This document shows, one piece after another, positions 36,554 to 50,770 of a stretch of DNA of 64,000 nucleotides. The stretch's first letter is position 1; each line of letters begins with the position of its first letter. The notes under the pieces are model-generated. The model saw nothing but the letters and a program-made list of their open reading frames with translations. It searched no databases and was not told the DNA's origin. Location: NCBI GenBank assembly GCA_903813345.2, contig CAIIXF020000001.1, positions 29,698,001-29,762,000 on the forward strand, written 5' to 3'. The position numbers were made by a program, and so were the translations under genes. Source of the stretch: Owenia fusiformis (Eukaryota).

Positions 36554-37814
36554 TTTTTATCGTACCTAATAATACCTAATAAAGGTACGATATTGTCGTC
36601 AGCTTGACGGGCGGGCGGGCGGCGTCTCACTTTTCAGCTTGTCTACAGGTTTCCAGCCAAACCATTTGACAGATTCATCTGAAATTTTCAGGAATGTTTC
36701 TACGTATCAAAGTTAAGAACTGACTAGTTTTTGGGCATTCTGGGTAAATTTTAAGGTGGCCATTTTGGATTTTCCGTCCTAAAATCTTCACTTTCAAGAC
36801 TTGTCTACAGGTTTCCAGCCAAACCATTTAACGGATTCATCTGAAATTTTCAGGAATGTTTCTACGTATCAAAGTTAAGAACTGATTAGTTTTTGGGCAT
36901 TCTGGGTAAATTTTAAGGTGGCCATTTTGGATTTTCCGTCCTAAAATCTTCACTTTCAAGACTTGTCTACAGGTTTCCAGCCAAACCATTTGACGGATTC
37001 ATCTGAAATTTTCAGGGATGTTTCTACGTATCAAAGTTAAGAACTCATTAGTTTTTTGGCATTCTGGGTAAAATTTAAGGTGGCCATTTTGGATTTTCCG
37101 TCCTAAAATCTTCACTTTCAAGACTTGTCTACAGGTTTCCAGCCAAACCATTTGACGGATTCATTTGAAATTTACAGGGATGTTTCTACATATCAAAGTT
37201 AACAACTGATTAGTTTTTGGGCATTCTGGGTTAATTTTAAGGTGGCCATTTTGGATTTTCCGTCCTAAAATCTTCACTTTCAAGACTTGTCTACAGGTTT
37301 CCAGCCAAACCATTTGACGGATTCATCTGAAATTTTCAGGAATGTTTCTACGTATCAAAGTTAAGAACTGATTAGTTTTTGGGCATTCTGGGTAAATTTT
37401 AAGGTGGCCATTTTGGATTTTCCGTCCTAAAATCTTCACTTTCAAGACTTGTCTACAGGTTTCCAGCCAAACCATTTGACGGATTCATCTGAAATTTTCA
37501 GGGATGTTTCTACGTATCAAAGTTAAGAACTCATTAGTTTTTTGGCATTCTGGGTAAAATTTAAGGTGGCCATTTTGGATTTTCCGTCCTAAAATCTTCA
37601 CTTTCAAGACTTGTCTACAGGTTTCCAGCCAAACCATTTGATGGATTCATCTGAAATTTTCAGGGGTGTTTCTACTTATCAAAGTTAAGAACTGATTAGT
37701 TTTTGGGCATTCTGGGTAAATTTTAAGGTGGCCATTTTGGATTTTCCGTCCTAAATTCTTCACTGTCACACTGCTGTGTTTTAGGTACGATATTGTTCAC
37801 GTCTGTGCCTTGTT
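36554..37814 (+). mobile_element. Helentron-derived HINE/DINE-1-like element carrying 7 x 162-bp tandem repeats
   Basis: T-run, subTIR ATCGTACCTA (36559), nearby inverted copy AGGTACGAT, (GGCG)n microsatellite, core repeats starting at 36638/36800/36962/37124/37286/37448/37610, and 3' subTIR TAGGTACGAT at 37782-37791. Confidence 0.85.
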
Positions 37815-40067
37815 ACTTTATATCAGAGTATATTTTCTTTGTATTTTATGATTCAATGATTAGTTTCAGCTAAAGTAGTATTTGATGGCTGACGGACCAT
37901 CAGCCGGCAGTTGAATTTGCGAATTCTACCCTAGTTAATTCTGTGATTTCCGATCATATGATTATCCCATATTGAACCATCTCCATTTAGATAATATGAA
38001 CATCATCAAATCGGGATAATTTTTACATGCACAATACTTATACATGTTGTATATGTGGTCATGCCACTTTTAAAGGCAAGCAAATAATATCATATTTTAG
38101 GCTGACATTTTCAAGATGTTTAATCCATTTCTGGTGGGACATTTAAAACGGCTTTTTACACCGAATTACACTTTAAGAGTTGATAATGTTGATAGATTTG
38201 ATCCCTTGATAAAATATATGACTTATCATTTGACAATCACTTTCAACATATTTGTAAAACATATGGTATTACAACAGTCAAAGTATGTCTAACACTTACA
38301 GTTTTAAACAAATGTTGACTGATTTTGAACTGTCTGATTTTTCATGGTGATCATATCCAAAATTTGGGTGGCACATGTATGTTACTTATGCGTAAGGACC
38401 TTTACAAAATTTTATCTTTATCATGCCGCCTGATTAAATGGTAGCACGAAAATTAAGTCCCTCCCTCCTCTTTAAAGATAAATATAAATGCACAGGACTA
38501 AATAGGTCTTAAGCTGATATTACTATATATATTATAGACATTATAAGATATTTAGAATTTGCATTATGGGTAAGTGAGCATATTGCATCTAAATGAAAAG
38601 AAATAGAAATGGTTAAGTGAAGTATCATTGATTTTGACATAAAACGGGATAAATGGAAAAAAGTACTATGTATTTATCTGGCATTAGGAGCACAAAATTA
38701 GAATGTTCCTTTTTGTGAGGGGATTTCTTTAAAATTGTATGATTTGAATTTGAAATCCTATTTCAGTGCAGAAATGATGAATACCCAATTGTGTATGTTG
38801 GGTACACAGATGAAACAAAATCTACATTTCAATTACTTCAAGTTCTTAAAAGGGCAAGACCTAATCCTTTTAAGACATTTTTTCTGAGCCAGACTTTAAA
38901 AAAAGAATTAGATGAGATAAATATATACATCTTAGTGAGGATGTCCGGGTATTGTGTTACAAAAAAACAATAAAGAAATATTTTGAATTCAGTTATGTAA
39001 GAAAAAGTTATTGTCAAAATTAATAAAAAATGTTATGTCACCTCCAAAGGTCTAAGGAACCACTCCTAAGTTGAACCAGAATGCCTGGTAAGTAAAATGG
39101 AAGTCAGTCTAGCTGCTAAGTAACATGCTATAGAAAGTTCATACTTCCCTGGATAATACCATTTGTAAAATTCTGTCAATTGACATTTTGTCACTTTGAA
39201 TTACTTCAGTTTCTACCACTTATCACGCTAACAGGGACCTCTGCATTGTTCAAAAATAAATTGAAGACGGGTGAATGACATCTGATTTAGATGAAATGTT
39301 ATACAATACCTCAGATGAAAACATAAATAAATAAATATTCATTGATTTTTATTGCACTTTGAAAAGTGCTATATTGCCATCGTCCTGTTTGAATCAGAAA
39401 GGTGAGATGAAAATTTACAGTTTTGATGCCTCAATAGTAACTAACTGATGCCCTCTTATAAGAGTTTGAATATGTAACAATTGCAAGCTTATTATTATGA
39501 TGAAGATATTTAGATTCTGTCATTAAGATTCTAATCAAGTACATGTAGTAGAATTTTGATCAAACTCTAAATCTGATTTGGTATGTTGGACAGAAGGATT
39601 ATTATGAATGAAGATGAAACTCTCTTTTAAAAAAGCAAAATTGAACTATTGAAAAGGTTTGAATATTGAGAGAATTATTTTCCATCAAAACCCATCTGAT
39701 ATTATAACTACATGAATCACTGGTTGATCACTCAACTATAGGGGTTTACTATCTCTCAGATTAGACCAACTAGAATTATTTATTTTTCAAATGATTTTTT
39801 GGCCTGTTCGTCTCCAGTCTCTTATGGCTTGTCCTATATCTGCCTTTGAATCTCCCTTTCCTGGAGTTGCTTCATCAAATGTAACAAATTGTAAAACAAA
39901 ATGAAATATGTCCTTCGGTTCATCGAATAACATTGTCCGGAAATTGCTTCATATTTGATGGACGTGTTAACAAGATGTAACATAATAGATTTGTCCTCGT
40001 GTGTCAACCAAACATTTATAGGAATATCAATATTAGGAACTAATTGAAAATTGATATGCATATTCTG

Positions 40068-40218
40068 TTTTTATGTCACCACCTGACAAATTGTTATAGT
40101 GTCCAACTTTCCTGTGGTGACAGTTGGTGTTCAGTGGTTGGTGTTCGGTGGTTGGTGTATGGTATTCGGCATCTGTAACAAATAACAGGTGGTAACATTT
40201 TGATCTTAATGGCTTGTT
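40068..40218 (+). mobile_element. Core-less short copy of the 47188-48465 HINE family
   Basis: ATGTCACCACC ... GGTTGGTG microsatellite ... CTGTAACAAAT ... AGGTGGTAACATTTTG ... TTAATGGCTTGTT. Confidence 0.7.
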
Positions 40219-40843
40219 ATAATATGAACTTATCTATGCTATATGAGGTCACCAAATTGATTATGTAATTACAACTGTATAGAGCAATAGAAAAATCAAT
40301 TATCTGTTTTAAGTATGGAAGGAACAACAAATTAATGATGAATCATAACAGAATGTCAACATTATGAGAAACACAATCATCAATCCAGAATCAATTACTG
40401 ACAAAACATAGTTTACCCTCAGAACCAGACTGATGTAGACGAAGCTCTCTTTTAAAAACCCAAATCAAACTACTGAATTAGGGGTATATATAACACAACC
40501 AAAAAAGAAAACCATTGAAAGAATTGAAAGTAATAAGTTATTTTATCCTTGGTATTATAACCTTCATGGTGAATGTTTGTTTCATCCATTTTTAAAACTT
40601 TCTATAGAAAGGGGAAAGACCCATTTGTTTCACGTCCTTGACAGGATGTCAACTTATTGCATTGTAATCGATGTTCTTTTTCTTTACGGGAATACGTGCA
40701 CGAGCGGCAATAGAATATTTTTATGTTTATTGGTGCTTTACTGTAAATTGATGCTGTATACTATGTTCTGTGAGTTATGTAACTTTGGTAGACCACTTTT
40801 ATATTTGTTTTGCCTCTCTTGCTTGAGTTCTTGCTATTCTTAA

Positions 40844-41675
40844 AGGCCCCGTATAAAGTTTAAACCACTTTGGCTTATATTGTAGTCTTACCCAATGTTA
40901 TCAAAGTGTGATATGTGAAACATTTTTTTTTAATTTCAAAAAGTGGTTTTTGATAGACTTTTTGTTCCAAAATTTGTGAATTTATTTAAAACCAACTTTT
41001 AGAGGTCACTCATACCTTCTAATTAGCCACAATTTATACCAATGCATAGCATTCATCCTCCCGTGTTTTTTGCCGAAAAAATTAAGAAAATCGGTTCATA
41101 AATAAGCGAGAAATGAACTTATCAGTGCATGAAAATGGTTCTGAGAAAAATGCATTTCAAAATTTTGGTTCTCATAGAAACCAATGGTACAATGATATCT
41201 AAAACATAATTTATTTTTCCCTTTAACCTGGTTAGACAATCAACATTGGTTTTTTATGAAAGTCTAACATATTTAGAAAAGATTGACATCGAAAAAAAAA
41301 TTTCAATTTTTTTCAAAAAGTTTTTGGTACCTTAGTGACATCACTAATGTTTCAAAATATTTTTGATATGCTCAAACATTGAAGTGGTCCATTAAATATG
41401 GCATTTTATTATTGAAATAGTGTGTCCTTTGTTCAACCTTTGCATTGGTGTTAAAAAGATAATATTTTTTAAAATGCATTAAGAAATATTTGATGATTAA
41501 GAAATTTCAACTTTTTTTGAAAAACGGCGGGAAATTTGAATATTTGAGAAATGAAATGCTCACAACTTTTTTTCAAAAATTTTTTTTTGTTCAAAAATCT
41601 CTAAAATCACTTTTTAAGTCCTGAAAAATAGTAAATGAATGATAAAAAAATATTTTCAAACTTTAGACGGGGACT
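40844..41675. mobile_element. Non-autonomous DNA transposon with TTAA TSD and AG...CT ends (Kolobok-like)
   Basis: TTAA|AGGCCCCGTATAAAGTTT ... AAACTTTAGACGGGGACT|TTAA: 18-bp TIR with two mismatches; no coding capacity. Confidence 0.8.
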
Positions 41676-43427
41676 TTAAGAAATCATGATTTTTGCAATC
41701 CAAAAGACACTTGACCTTGACAATAGGTTGAATGGAAAGACACAACAAACTGGAGCACAACCACCTGTGTCAAGATATCTCAGCTAAACTTAAGATACTC
41801 TGGGTATATCATGTTGCTTGTCAAAAATGACAATTGAAGATTAATGGTAATACATTTGATGCTATCCTTCACAACAAAGATGGATGGTGCATACAGTTAA
41901 CTGACAGAATACTTGAAAAGAATTCCTAAATATGTTCTTCTATAGTTCTTAAAGTGATCAACTACTGTACTTACATCTATAGTTCAACAATATATCAGTA
42001 CCAAAGTTTGCATTCATTGCAGAGATTTTAAAAATGAAAGTGAGGCAGCCTCAGTTTCAGATCAGTGTACTGAAGAACTAACGATGCACACAGAATAACC
42101 TTTGAACAGTTAAGACAGTTTTACAGATCAATGGCTCTTACTGAACACACCTATTTAAAGCCAGCTGAGGAACCATTTACATTATAGTCAATCTAGGTAG
42201 TGGTTTTCCCAACTTCCAGTCAGCAATTAGTCAAAGTCGTAATTTTTCATTCTAAGAAATTCCAATTGATGGTTTCAGAATCGATAGAATAACTTAATTG
42301 GCCAAAACTAACAATGGCCGTCACAGTCTGGTGCATAAATTATTTCATATCAACCATGACATTTTCTCAACCAATCAGCGAGCAGTAAAAGACATGTTGA
42401 ACAGTGACTTCAGAGGAAATGACTATATTGGTTGGTTTTGCGAGTTCAGTGGGTTTTCTTAAACTTAGAGTGTAGACGAAGCTATCTTTTAAGAAACTAA
42501 GTCAAATGAATTAAGGGTTAGAAGAACTGTGTAGTAAACTTATATTGACCACTCACAATAAATTCCATTATGTTTCTTTATATTTTGAAGTGTGTCTGGT
42601 GCTTATTAGTCTTCAGCACTAGTACCACTTTAATGGACCAACATATAGAATATTGTCAGGGATGTTAAATATATATGGCAAAAAGCCATTGTGACTCGTT
42701 ATTTTTTATACATCTGAGCTAACCTGTTTGCACTGACAAATCATTAGTTTATGTCACTGTTTTTCAATGGCACTTTAATAATAATCATAACCCCATTAAC
42801 ATTAAACTATCTTTGAACTCCAGCTTTTCGTTTTAATAAATATTTAGACTGTATAGACATAGGGGCGTTATTCCATTTTAAGTTAAATGAATGATATAAA
42901 TTATTTGATTGCTTATCGGGAGAAATTGCACCTACAGTACTAATTACAATGATTAATGTAATTCTGATATACTATAGGATTATTAATTCTTTCAAAAATG
43001 GTAATTAGATGTTATTCCATAGTTACTGTAATATTCCATAGCTACTGTGATATTCTTTACTTTAACATAGGATATCCTGTCAAAATAAAAACAGTATTTT
43101 TGAACTAGTGGAAATCATATATCATATTGTCAGCACTTTTTTACCAAACATGATGCATTTTGAGAATTGCTTTGCTTGCAGTGATGCAAACCTAAAATCT
43201 CGCACCCTCCCTTGACAATTGCTGGCTATGTCTCTGATATTATGTTCTTTATTAATGCCATGACTGCATTTTTGTTCCTGCTTGGATGACATTAAGTAAT
43301 TGAATTGTCTAGAAGAAAGTCTGACTCTCATTGACAGTTCATCTCTTTATCACAAATTAACATATTATTGAGTAATAAGGATTGGCTATAGAACCATATA
43401 ATTATTTACCCTTTAATTTTTGTTCTA

Positions 43428-43582
43428 TTTTTATATCACTACCAGAAGTGATGACATGTTGTCATACGGTAGTCTCTAACTTTTTTGTGGCTTGTGTTTG
43501 GCTTGGCGTCCTGTGTCTCTAACAATGTTTGATATCTGTAACAAATGGCAGGTGGTGACATTTTGTATGTTAATGCCTTGTT
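43428..43582 (+). mobile_element. Core-less short copy of the same HINE family (a more diverged copy at 43880-44026)
   Basis: ATATCACTACCAGAAGTGATGACAT ... CTGTAACAAATGGCAGGTGGTGACATTTTGTATGTTAATGCCTTGTT. Confidence 0.7.
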
Positions 43583-45057
43583 ATAATATAGCTGTTTTTA
43601 TTCAACTGGTACATTGTACCTTCTTTGATTGTAGAATGGTTAATGTTTGCTTTGAATTTTAATTACCTCACCAAGAAATATTCGGCCAAATAGAGACTGT
43701 AATTTTACGAGATATTTCTCGAAAAAACATTGCGATTATTAGAAATGGCTTTAGTTTTCAGACCAATTTTGTCAGAATCTGGCCTTAAGTATTATTGGGG
43801 ATTTTGTGGCTGAAAATGCCTATATATGTACATGTATTTGACCTTGATTATGAAATTTTATCCAATCATCTGAAAATTCTTATGTCAACACGGATGGTGA
43901 ATGGTGACATATTCTTTTTTTGACTGCAATTCAGCAGTCAGCGTTTTGAGTCTATTTCTATAACAAATATCACACTTTTACAATTCTACAACCAGGTGTT
44001 GACATTTGGCATGTTAATGCCTTGTTATATTTTGTTAAATATCATCTTTTCATAATTTGTCTTCTCTTTATTCTACTAAAGGAGCCAAGTAAACTGAACA
44101 CAGGCGGTGATATTTATCATTCGCTTCATGATGATCATCTATATTACTATAAAAATATTGTATTGAAGTAATCAGCGCTGTAATATCCATTAGTGACATT
44201 TGAAGAAATGAAATAACTTCTAAAGGCTGGTAGGGTTTGTAAGCATGTTATTAATATATGGAGATTTTGAACTATAGGAATAATCAGTCTATGAAAAGTA
44301 CAAAGAAGCAGTGAAAAGGTTGATTTAGCGCATTAATGGTGTGGATAGACTATCAGATCATGCAATTCACAAGTGAACCATCATAATATCTGTTAATACC
44401 CTAATGCCATACACCAGGGACTTGAATACTTGGATTATGAATAACGTATCAGACTCTGATAACATTACAATTCCCTGCACATCTGGAAACTGACCACAGG
44501 TGTGAATCAGCAAATAATTGTTTGATTTGGAAAGACAAATGAAATTGAAAAATGGTCATCATGAACAAATACATATCATGTTGATTTCCTTATTATGTGA
44601 TTGAATTCCATTCCACATATCAAAAAATAGATTCTTGAATATCAGGGTCTGGCAAAAATTAACTTTTTCATTGTCACTGAATTTCATTAAGATTTTCATC
44701 TTGATTTCCAGTGTTGCATGGTCAATTTATTAAAATCATTATAAGTCTTAACTTCATGATTTATGTATCATAAGATAAGTATAACATGTATAAGTATTAA
44801 ATGGATTATGTTTGATTAAGTGCCTTTGTTTGTAGGATACATAGCATAATGATAATATACTGCCTTTGTTAGTTGTCAGAGTTTGGGAGCAATCAGTACA
44901 ATAACACCCAGGCGAGCAAATAAGTATTATTTAGCATTAATCAGACTTACAACAGTCTGACATTGAATTACATGAGTTATGTTGGACCTAAACTTATTAG
45001 CTAATGCTTAGGACCTCTGCTTAAGAAGGGATTTTCAATATGGCTGCTTAATAACTC

Positions 45058-45454
45058 AGATGCGAGTAGGTAGTTACCAGATTCACCACCAGGTGGCTCA
45101 TTCGGGTCAGATAACATGGCGGGTAAAGTAGAAAGTTCCCTTTAACTTAAATATTCATCAGTTTTAATTATTCAATATTCATATCACCTTTGTGTATCTA
45201 ATAGTTATGTAAATTAAAATATGTCCAGTAAAAGAAAATATTATCTGTCCAGTACGAGAAGATATTTCACTTTTTGGATTTATTAACATGGGGTCTATAA
45301 CTAGAAATCAGATTTTCAAAAAAAAAATTTCAAAGTTGATAAACAATTTTCAAAACCATTCTAGATGTACTTCTACAAGTAGATTTCAAATATGACATCA
45401 CTTTGAATTTTGAATATTTGATGAAGTAAATCAAGATTATTTCTACTCGCATCT
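45058..45454. mobile_element. Short element bounded by 12-bp inverted repeats (HINE-like); partial second copy at ~46217-46300
   Basis: AGATGCGAGTAG (45058) and CTACTCGCATCT (45443-45454); hairpin CCACCAGGTGG next to the left repeat. Confidence 0.5.
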
Positions 45455-46837
45455 TGTGGTCACTATTTTTAGTATGAAATGTAGTTTTTGATAACTCAAA
45501 TTTTGTATGCTATCATCAAGAGACCTTCAAAGCCCATGATTGTACTAATGCCTTAACGTCTGCTTGAGAAGGAATTTTAGATATGTGCGCTCAATTCAGC
45601 TCAGATACAAAGATATTCTAATTCTGCACTTTGTAAAATTTGAAACTAAATACATGTCAAATAAGTAGCGCCAACTTCATGACAAATACAGTGCAATATG
45701 ATGTGTCTGAGCTATGGTTTATGAAATATTTCTCATTTCCAATCTTCCTGAGCTTAAATATCATAGTTGCATCAATATATGTCTTAATATCATAAAATTG
45801 CAAATTATACTTGGAGACCTGAATCTCCAAGGTTAATTCTTCTAGCTCAGATGCATTACAAGGACAGTAATTTGATTATTTTGTGAAGTTATAAATTATT
45901 CTACGCAGTGAGACTATTTTTGTACAGACAGTAGTTTTGTTGAAAAATTACCAGTGATATTCCTTTGTTAATTGTGATTACATTTTCTGTTGAGTCAGTT
46001 CTTCCGTGGATCATTATTCTTAATAATTGTCCTCTTATTAGACATCACTGTCCTCCTTGTCAAACCTCTTCAGCGCTGAGATGGTGCATTTGGTTTCAGT
46101 TACACCATGAACATTTCCCAAAATAATTATTAGTTTAATGAATGATTCATGTAAGTTAATAAAACACTATAGAGTATCAACTTTTTGATTTGCTAAGTTC
46201 TTATTAGTAATTTTACATGTAGATTTTCAAATATGGTGTCACTTTGACAGAATTTTGAATATTTAATGATACAAATCAAGATTTTTTCTACTTGCATCTA
46301 GTCTATTCTGATTTATCAGAGTCTAGGTACAGATGGCGAATTCCACACTGAATTGAATCAGTCTTCACATATTGTGACGGATGGGTTATGTGTTACCGTT
46401 AGTAGTTATGATTAAAACGAAAAGGCAGGAAGTTACCTACCTGTACAGTATTCAAATACTTGTATAAAACAATGATATTCTGAATTTTTGAATAGATAAA
46501 TTAATCACAAGATGAGTCAGTCTCAAATGAACATAACATTGTGATTTATGTCAAGTTGTACCTGCTTTGTAGAAAGCAATGTCACAAAGACCATTAAAGT
46601 CCTGTCGAGCTGGTCTATTAAATTGCCACCTTAGAAGATATAGTATTAAGATATTGATTGAACAATGTCTTGCTAGCATAAGCCTAAACATTAAACAATA
46701 GGACGGATCCCTTATCAGTGAAATATAGTGAAATGCTCAGTCTTTGTGATAAAGATGCTTTATGGAATTCTTGCTATGTTTCTCGTTTTCTTATGCATTC
46801 CAGTGATCTCCCCAGCATGCGCTGCACCCACTTGAGA

Positions 46838-47187
46838 TTTTTAACTCACATGGTGAGCTATTGCAATCACTCACTTGTCCATCTGTCTGTTCATCCGTCC
46901 GTCTGTCTGTCCGTCCATCCGTCTATCAACAATTGGCCAGTTTTAAAACCTCTGTCAATAGGATTCCCGTTAAGTTATTTTTGTTCAACATCTATGGCTC
47001 CTGGATCAAAAGCTCGCCTATTTTCAAAATGGCCGCCATTTCACTGTAAAGAGTATTTGTATGAAATAATTTTGTCACAAAAAATCGGCAAAAAATTATA
47101 TCCGTTTTTTTTATTTTCAGCCATTTTAGCCATCATTCACTTTTGAGCAACACCATGTGAGCCCAATATCCACCGTGCACGGTATTA
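46838..47187 (+). mobile_element. Short HINE/pearl-like element
   Basis: TTTTTAACTCACATGGTGAGCTA start, (CCGT/CTGT)n microsatellite, 3' CCATGTGAGC and a terminal ACCGTGCACGGT palindrome. Confidence 0.7.
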
Positions 47188-48465
47188 TTATGTCACCACC
47201 AAAAGTGGTGACATATTGTTATGGTCTCCGTTTTTTTGCGACGGCGGTTGGTGGTTGGAGGTTGGCGTCCGGCGTCTGTAACAATTTCTTACAACTTCCT
47301 ATAACTTAACAAATACTGTTTAGACTGACTTCAATTTTTTTCTAAATCATCTACATGTTCTCAGAAGTTCAAATCTGACTTTACATTAGACATTTGACCT
47401 TCAATGACCTTCTCAAGGTCAAAAAGGTCTTTTTTCAACTTGCTTCACATTGACTAAATTTTTTTTCAAAATCATCTACATGTTCTCAGAAATTCAAATC
47501 TGACTTTAGATTTGACTTTAGATTTGACATTTGACCTTCAAATCTGACTTAAGATTTGACATTTGACCTTCAATGACCTTCTCAAGGTCAAAAAAGGTCA
47601 AAAAGGTCTGTTTTCAACTTGCTTCAAATTGACTAAATTTTTTTTTCAAAATCATCTACGTGTTCTCAGAAATTCAAATCTGACTTAAGATTTGACATTT
47701 GACCTTCAATGACCTTCTCAAGGTCAAAAAAGGTCAAAAAGGTCTTTTTTCAACTTGCTTCAAATTGACTAAATTTTTTTTTCAAAATCATCTACATGTT
47801 CTCAGAAATTCAAATCTGACTTTAGATTTGACATTTGACCTTCAATGACCTTCTCAATGTCAAAAAAGGTCAAAAAGGTATTTTTTCATCTTGCTTCAAA
47901 TTGACTAAATTTTTTTTTCAAAATCATCTACATGTTCTCAGAAATTCAAATATGACTTTAGATTTGACATTTGACCTTCAATGACCTTCTCAAGGTCAAA
48001 AAAGGTCAAAAAGGTCTTTTTTCAACTTGCTTCAAATTGACTAATTTTTTTTTTCAAAATCATCTACATGTTCTCAGAAATTCAAATCTGACTTTAGATT
48101 TGACATTTGACCTTTAATGACCTTCTCAAGGTCAAAAAAGGTCAAAAAGGTCTGTTTTCAACTTGCTTCAAATTGACCAAATTTTTTTTTCAAAATCATC
48201 TACATCTTTTCAGAAGTTCAAATTTGACTTTACAAGTTCTCAGAAGTTCAAATCTGACTTAAGATTTGACATTTGACCTTCAATGACCTTTTCAAGGTCA
48301 AAAAGGTCTTTTTTCAACTTGCTTCAAATTGACTAAAAAAATTTTTCAAAATCATCTACGTGTTCTCAGAAGTTCAAATCTGACTTTAGATTTGACTTAA
48401 GATTTGACATTTGACCTTCAATGACCTAACTAGGTGGTGACATTTTGTCATGTTAATGCCTTGTT
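47188..48465 (+). mobile_element. HINE-like element carrying ~8 x ~136-bp tandem repeats
   Basis: subTIR ATGTCACCACC (47190), inverted GTGGTGACAT, GGTTGG-type microsatellite, cores with CATCTAC at 47653/47789/47925/48061/48197 (136-bp period) plus irregular flanking units, 3' subTIR GGTGGTGACAT at 48433-48443. Confidence 0.85.
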
Positions 48466-50546
48466 TGTCATTAAAATAGGCTTGCACCCTCCTGAGAACC
48501 CATTTGCACCCACTTGAAAATGAGAAAAATCATGAAAATTTGGCATATTTTGACCAAATTTGGTCTAAATCGTGAAATCAAAAAAAAACTTCCATTTCCT
48601 TGGGAGGATACTGCGAATCTGAATAGCATGTCCAGCCTAAGATTAAATTTACAGGTCATGTTGCATTGCATTCATTTATTAGAGAACAATGCAAGAGTTG
48701 CACCTCAGATTACTCCACCCTAATGAGGACCTCTCACTGAACCCTAACCCTGGGACACCTGGGTAATTATTGTGCCCATGTAACATCTCGAGCAACTCAA
48801 TATTCAAAGCTGTTGAAGCCAGTTGAAGAAGATATTAGAAACGCTGCTTGTCTAATCATCTAAGAATAAAGTTAAATCTGATTTGTGATCTAATATAATG
48901 TATTCTGATTTCTGTTAGATTGCATCGCAGTAAACAAGTGATTAGGTGATACTGTTGCATGAGTCGAGGTAGAATGATTAATTTCCCTGGCAGACCCCTG
49001 GACAACTTATTGCATTATATTTATACATTTCAAGGTAGCGTGTCTCTCATAGAGGGATATTGAAGAAATGTGTGTTGAGTTAACTCGTTTATCTGATGTT
49101 GTCAGTATCTAAAATTCCAGCTACATCTGTAAAGTGTATTATAATATCTCCGCTTAGGATAATTTTGTTACTCATATGAAAATCTAACTATCAATAGTTT
49201 CAATTTTGAATGCTAATGTTATGTGATTAACCAGACTTCTGCTTTGCGAAAACTATTTCACCTGTGATTTACTACTATAGTTCCTTGTGAAATCATCTCT
49301 GAATAGAACACCGGATTGGTCTTTTAAAATGTAGAGTTTGTTATTAACCCTTTTTGTCTGATAATAAAGCAGTGCTTTGGTTGAGTAATGTAACAAAACA
49401 CCACTTATTTATATGATGTTCGTGTACTACTCTAATGCTTCCTGACTCTAATTTCAATAATTAATTCTTTAGAGATTGCTTTATTATTGTTCATATAAAA
49501 GAAGCCGCTGGAATTCAGGAGCCAAAAGCCATTACATATATTTGTTTCATGTTGAGCAATTTTATCTAAGTATCAAATGTAACTTAAAACTAATAAGCAA
49601 TCAATTCTATAAGTGCCAAGATTTCTAGCATCACTGAACCATAGCACTGAATTAATGGCAAAGGTCCATTGAGATATGCACAAAGCAGCATCCCTACTAA
49701 CCAATGCATTTCAATGATGTTTCTACAGTCGGTCCAAAGCAGTCTGTGTTTTATGTCTCATGTCTTGAAGATTGAAAAATACTACACCCACCATGTACTT
49801 TTCTTTACCAAATCAACATTACCAGGAAAATAGATATACAGCTTTACAATTGAGAAATGTTGCCAATTATCATTAATGAGTGTGTGATATTGTAATAATG
49901 ACTAGCACTCACAGACAACCCTGACATATGTAACTATGAGGGTCAAACACAAGTGTATTATCTAGTACCAAACAAATTTCGCTTTCATCCTTATTAATCA
50001 ATTTGCTCTTAAACTGAACAGTTGTCCTAATTGATTTTGATGACCACTTTAAAACTAGCCCTTGGCCTTAGGTCAAATATCAAATAATAAAACAGTAAAG
50101 ATGCAAGGGTGGGGGACATTTAAATTGGTTTATTATTAAATATCTATGGCTGTTATGACTCTGAAGTAGTCTAGTGGCTCTAGTATTACTTGTGGCTTAT
50201 TGCATTCTTTGTCTACGAAATCAATTTGTAATTACTGTATTATCCTCCTCCGTCTTCATAATATGGTGGTACCCTTCTTCCATTGTTTAATATCCTTGTT
50301 TTAATTAATTAATGTAAACCGTCATTTCTGAAAGTTCATCAAGTATAATTCTTAAAGAAAATCAGAAGACAGACATTCTATTACTTTAATGCATTTTCCT
50401 GGATTTATGAATAATGGATGATCTTATGAATCAATATCTAACTATGTCACTCTGACATGACACTGACTATTTGATAAAATCTTACTCAAAACAATGTAAA
50501 GATGGTAGCACCTCTTAGTGTCAAGCACTCATGACTTTTTCTTCAG

Positions 50547-50770
50547 GAAGTGCAAAATCATCCAGAGCTTCAGAGTGAGTCAAAAGAGGGCGCTGTTGAT
50601 CTTCAAAGTGACTCCAGTTCTGAGGAAGAGATTGAAAACGAACCAAAGAAAAAGAGGGAGCGAGATGAGTATGTTGGAATAGAAAGTGTGGAGCTGCACA
50701 GAAAACTTAAGGATGTTGACCCAGAAATGGCACTTAAGTTACACCCAAACAATAGGAGAAAGATTATCAG
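50547..50770 (+). CDS. TRIT1: TRIT1 exon 4
   Basis: Acceptor TTTTTCTTCAG|; encodes ELHRKLKDVDPEMALKLHPNNRRKIIR (family LHPNxxRK motif); phase-2 donor AG|GTATTT. Follows a 19.3 kb intron. Confidence 0.9.

Noticed and set aside
36638-37765. Regular repeats as a CRISPR-like array (also 47340-48420 and 34965-35120)
   Set aside because: Head-to-tail repeats with no unique spacers, in a eukaryotic intron; explained as TE-internal satellites.
46718-47146. 142-aa ORF, and ORFs at 51190-52359
   Set aside because: They translate microsatellite and KMAA-type motifs of HINE elements; low-complexity artefacts.
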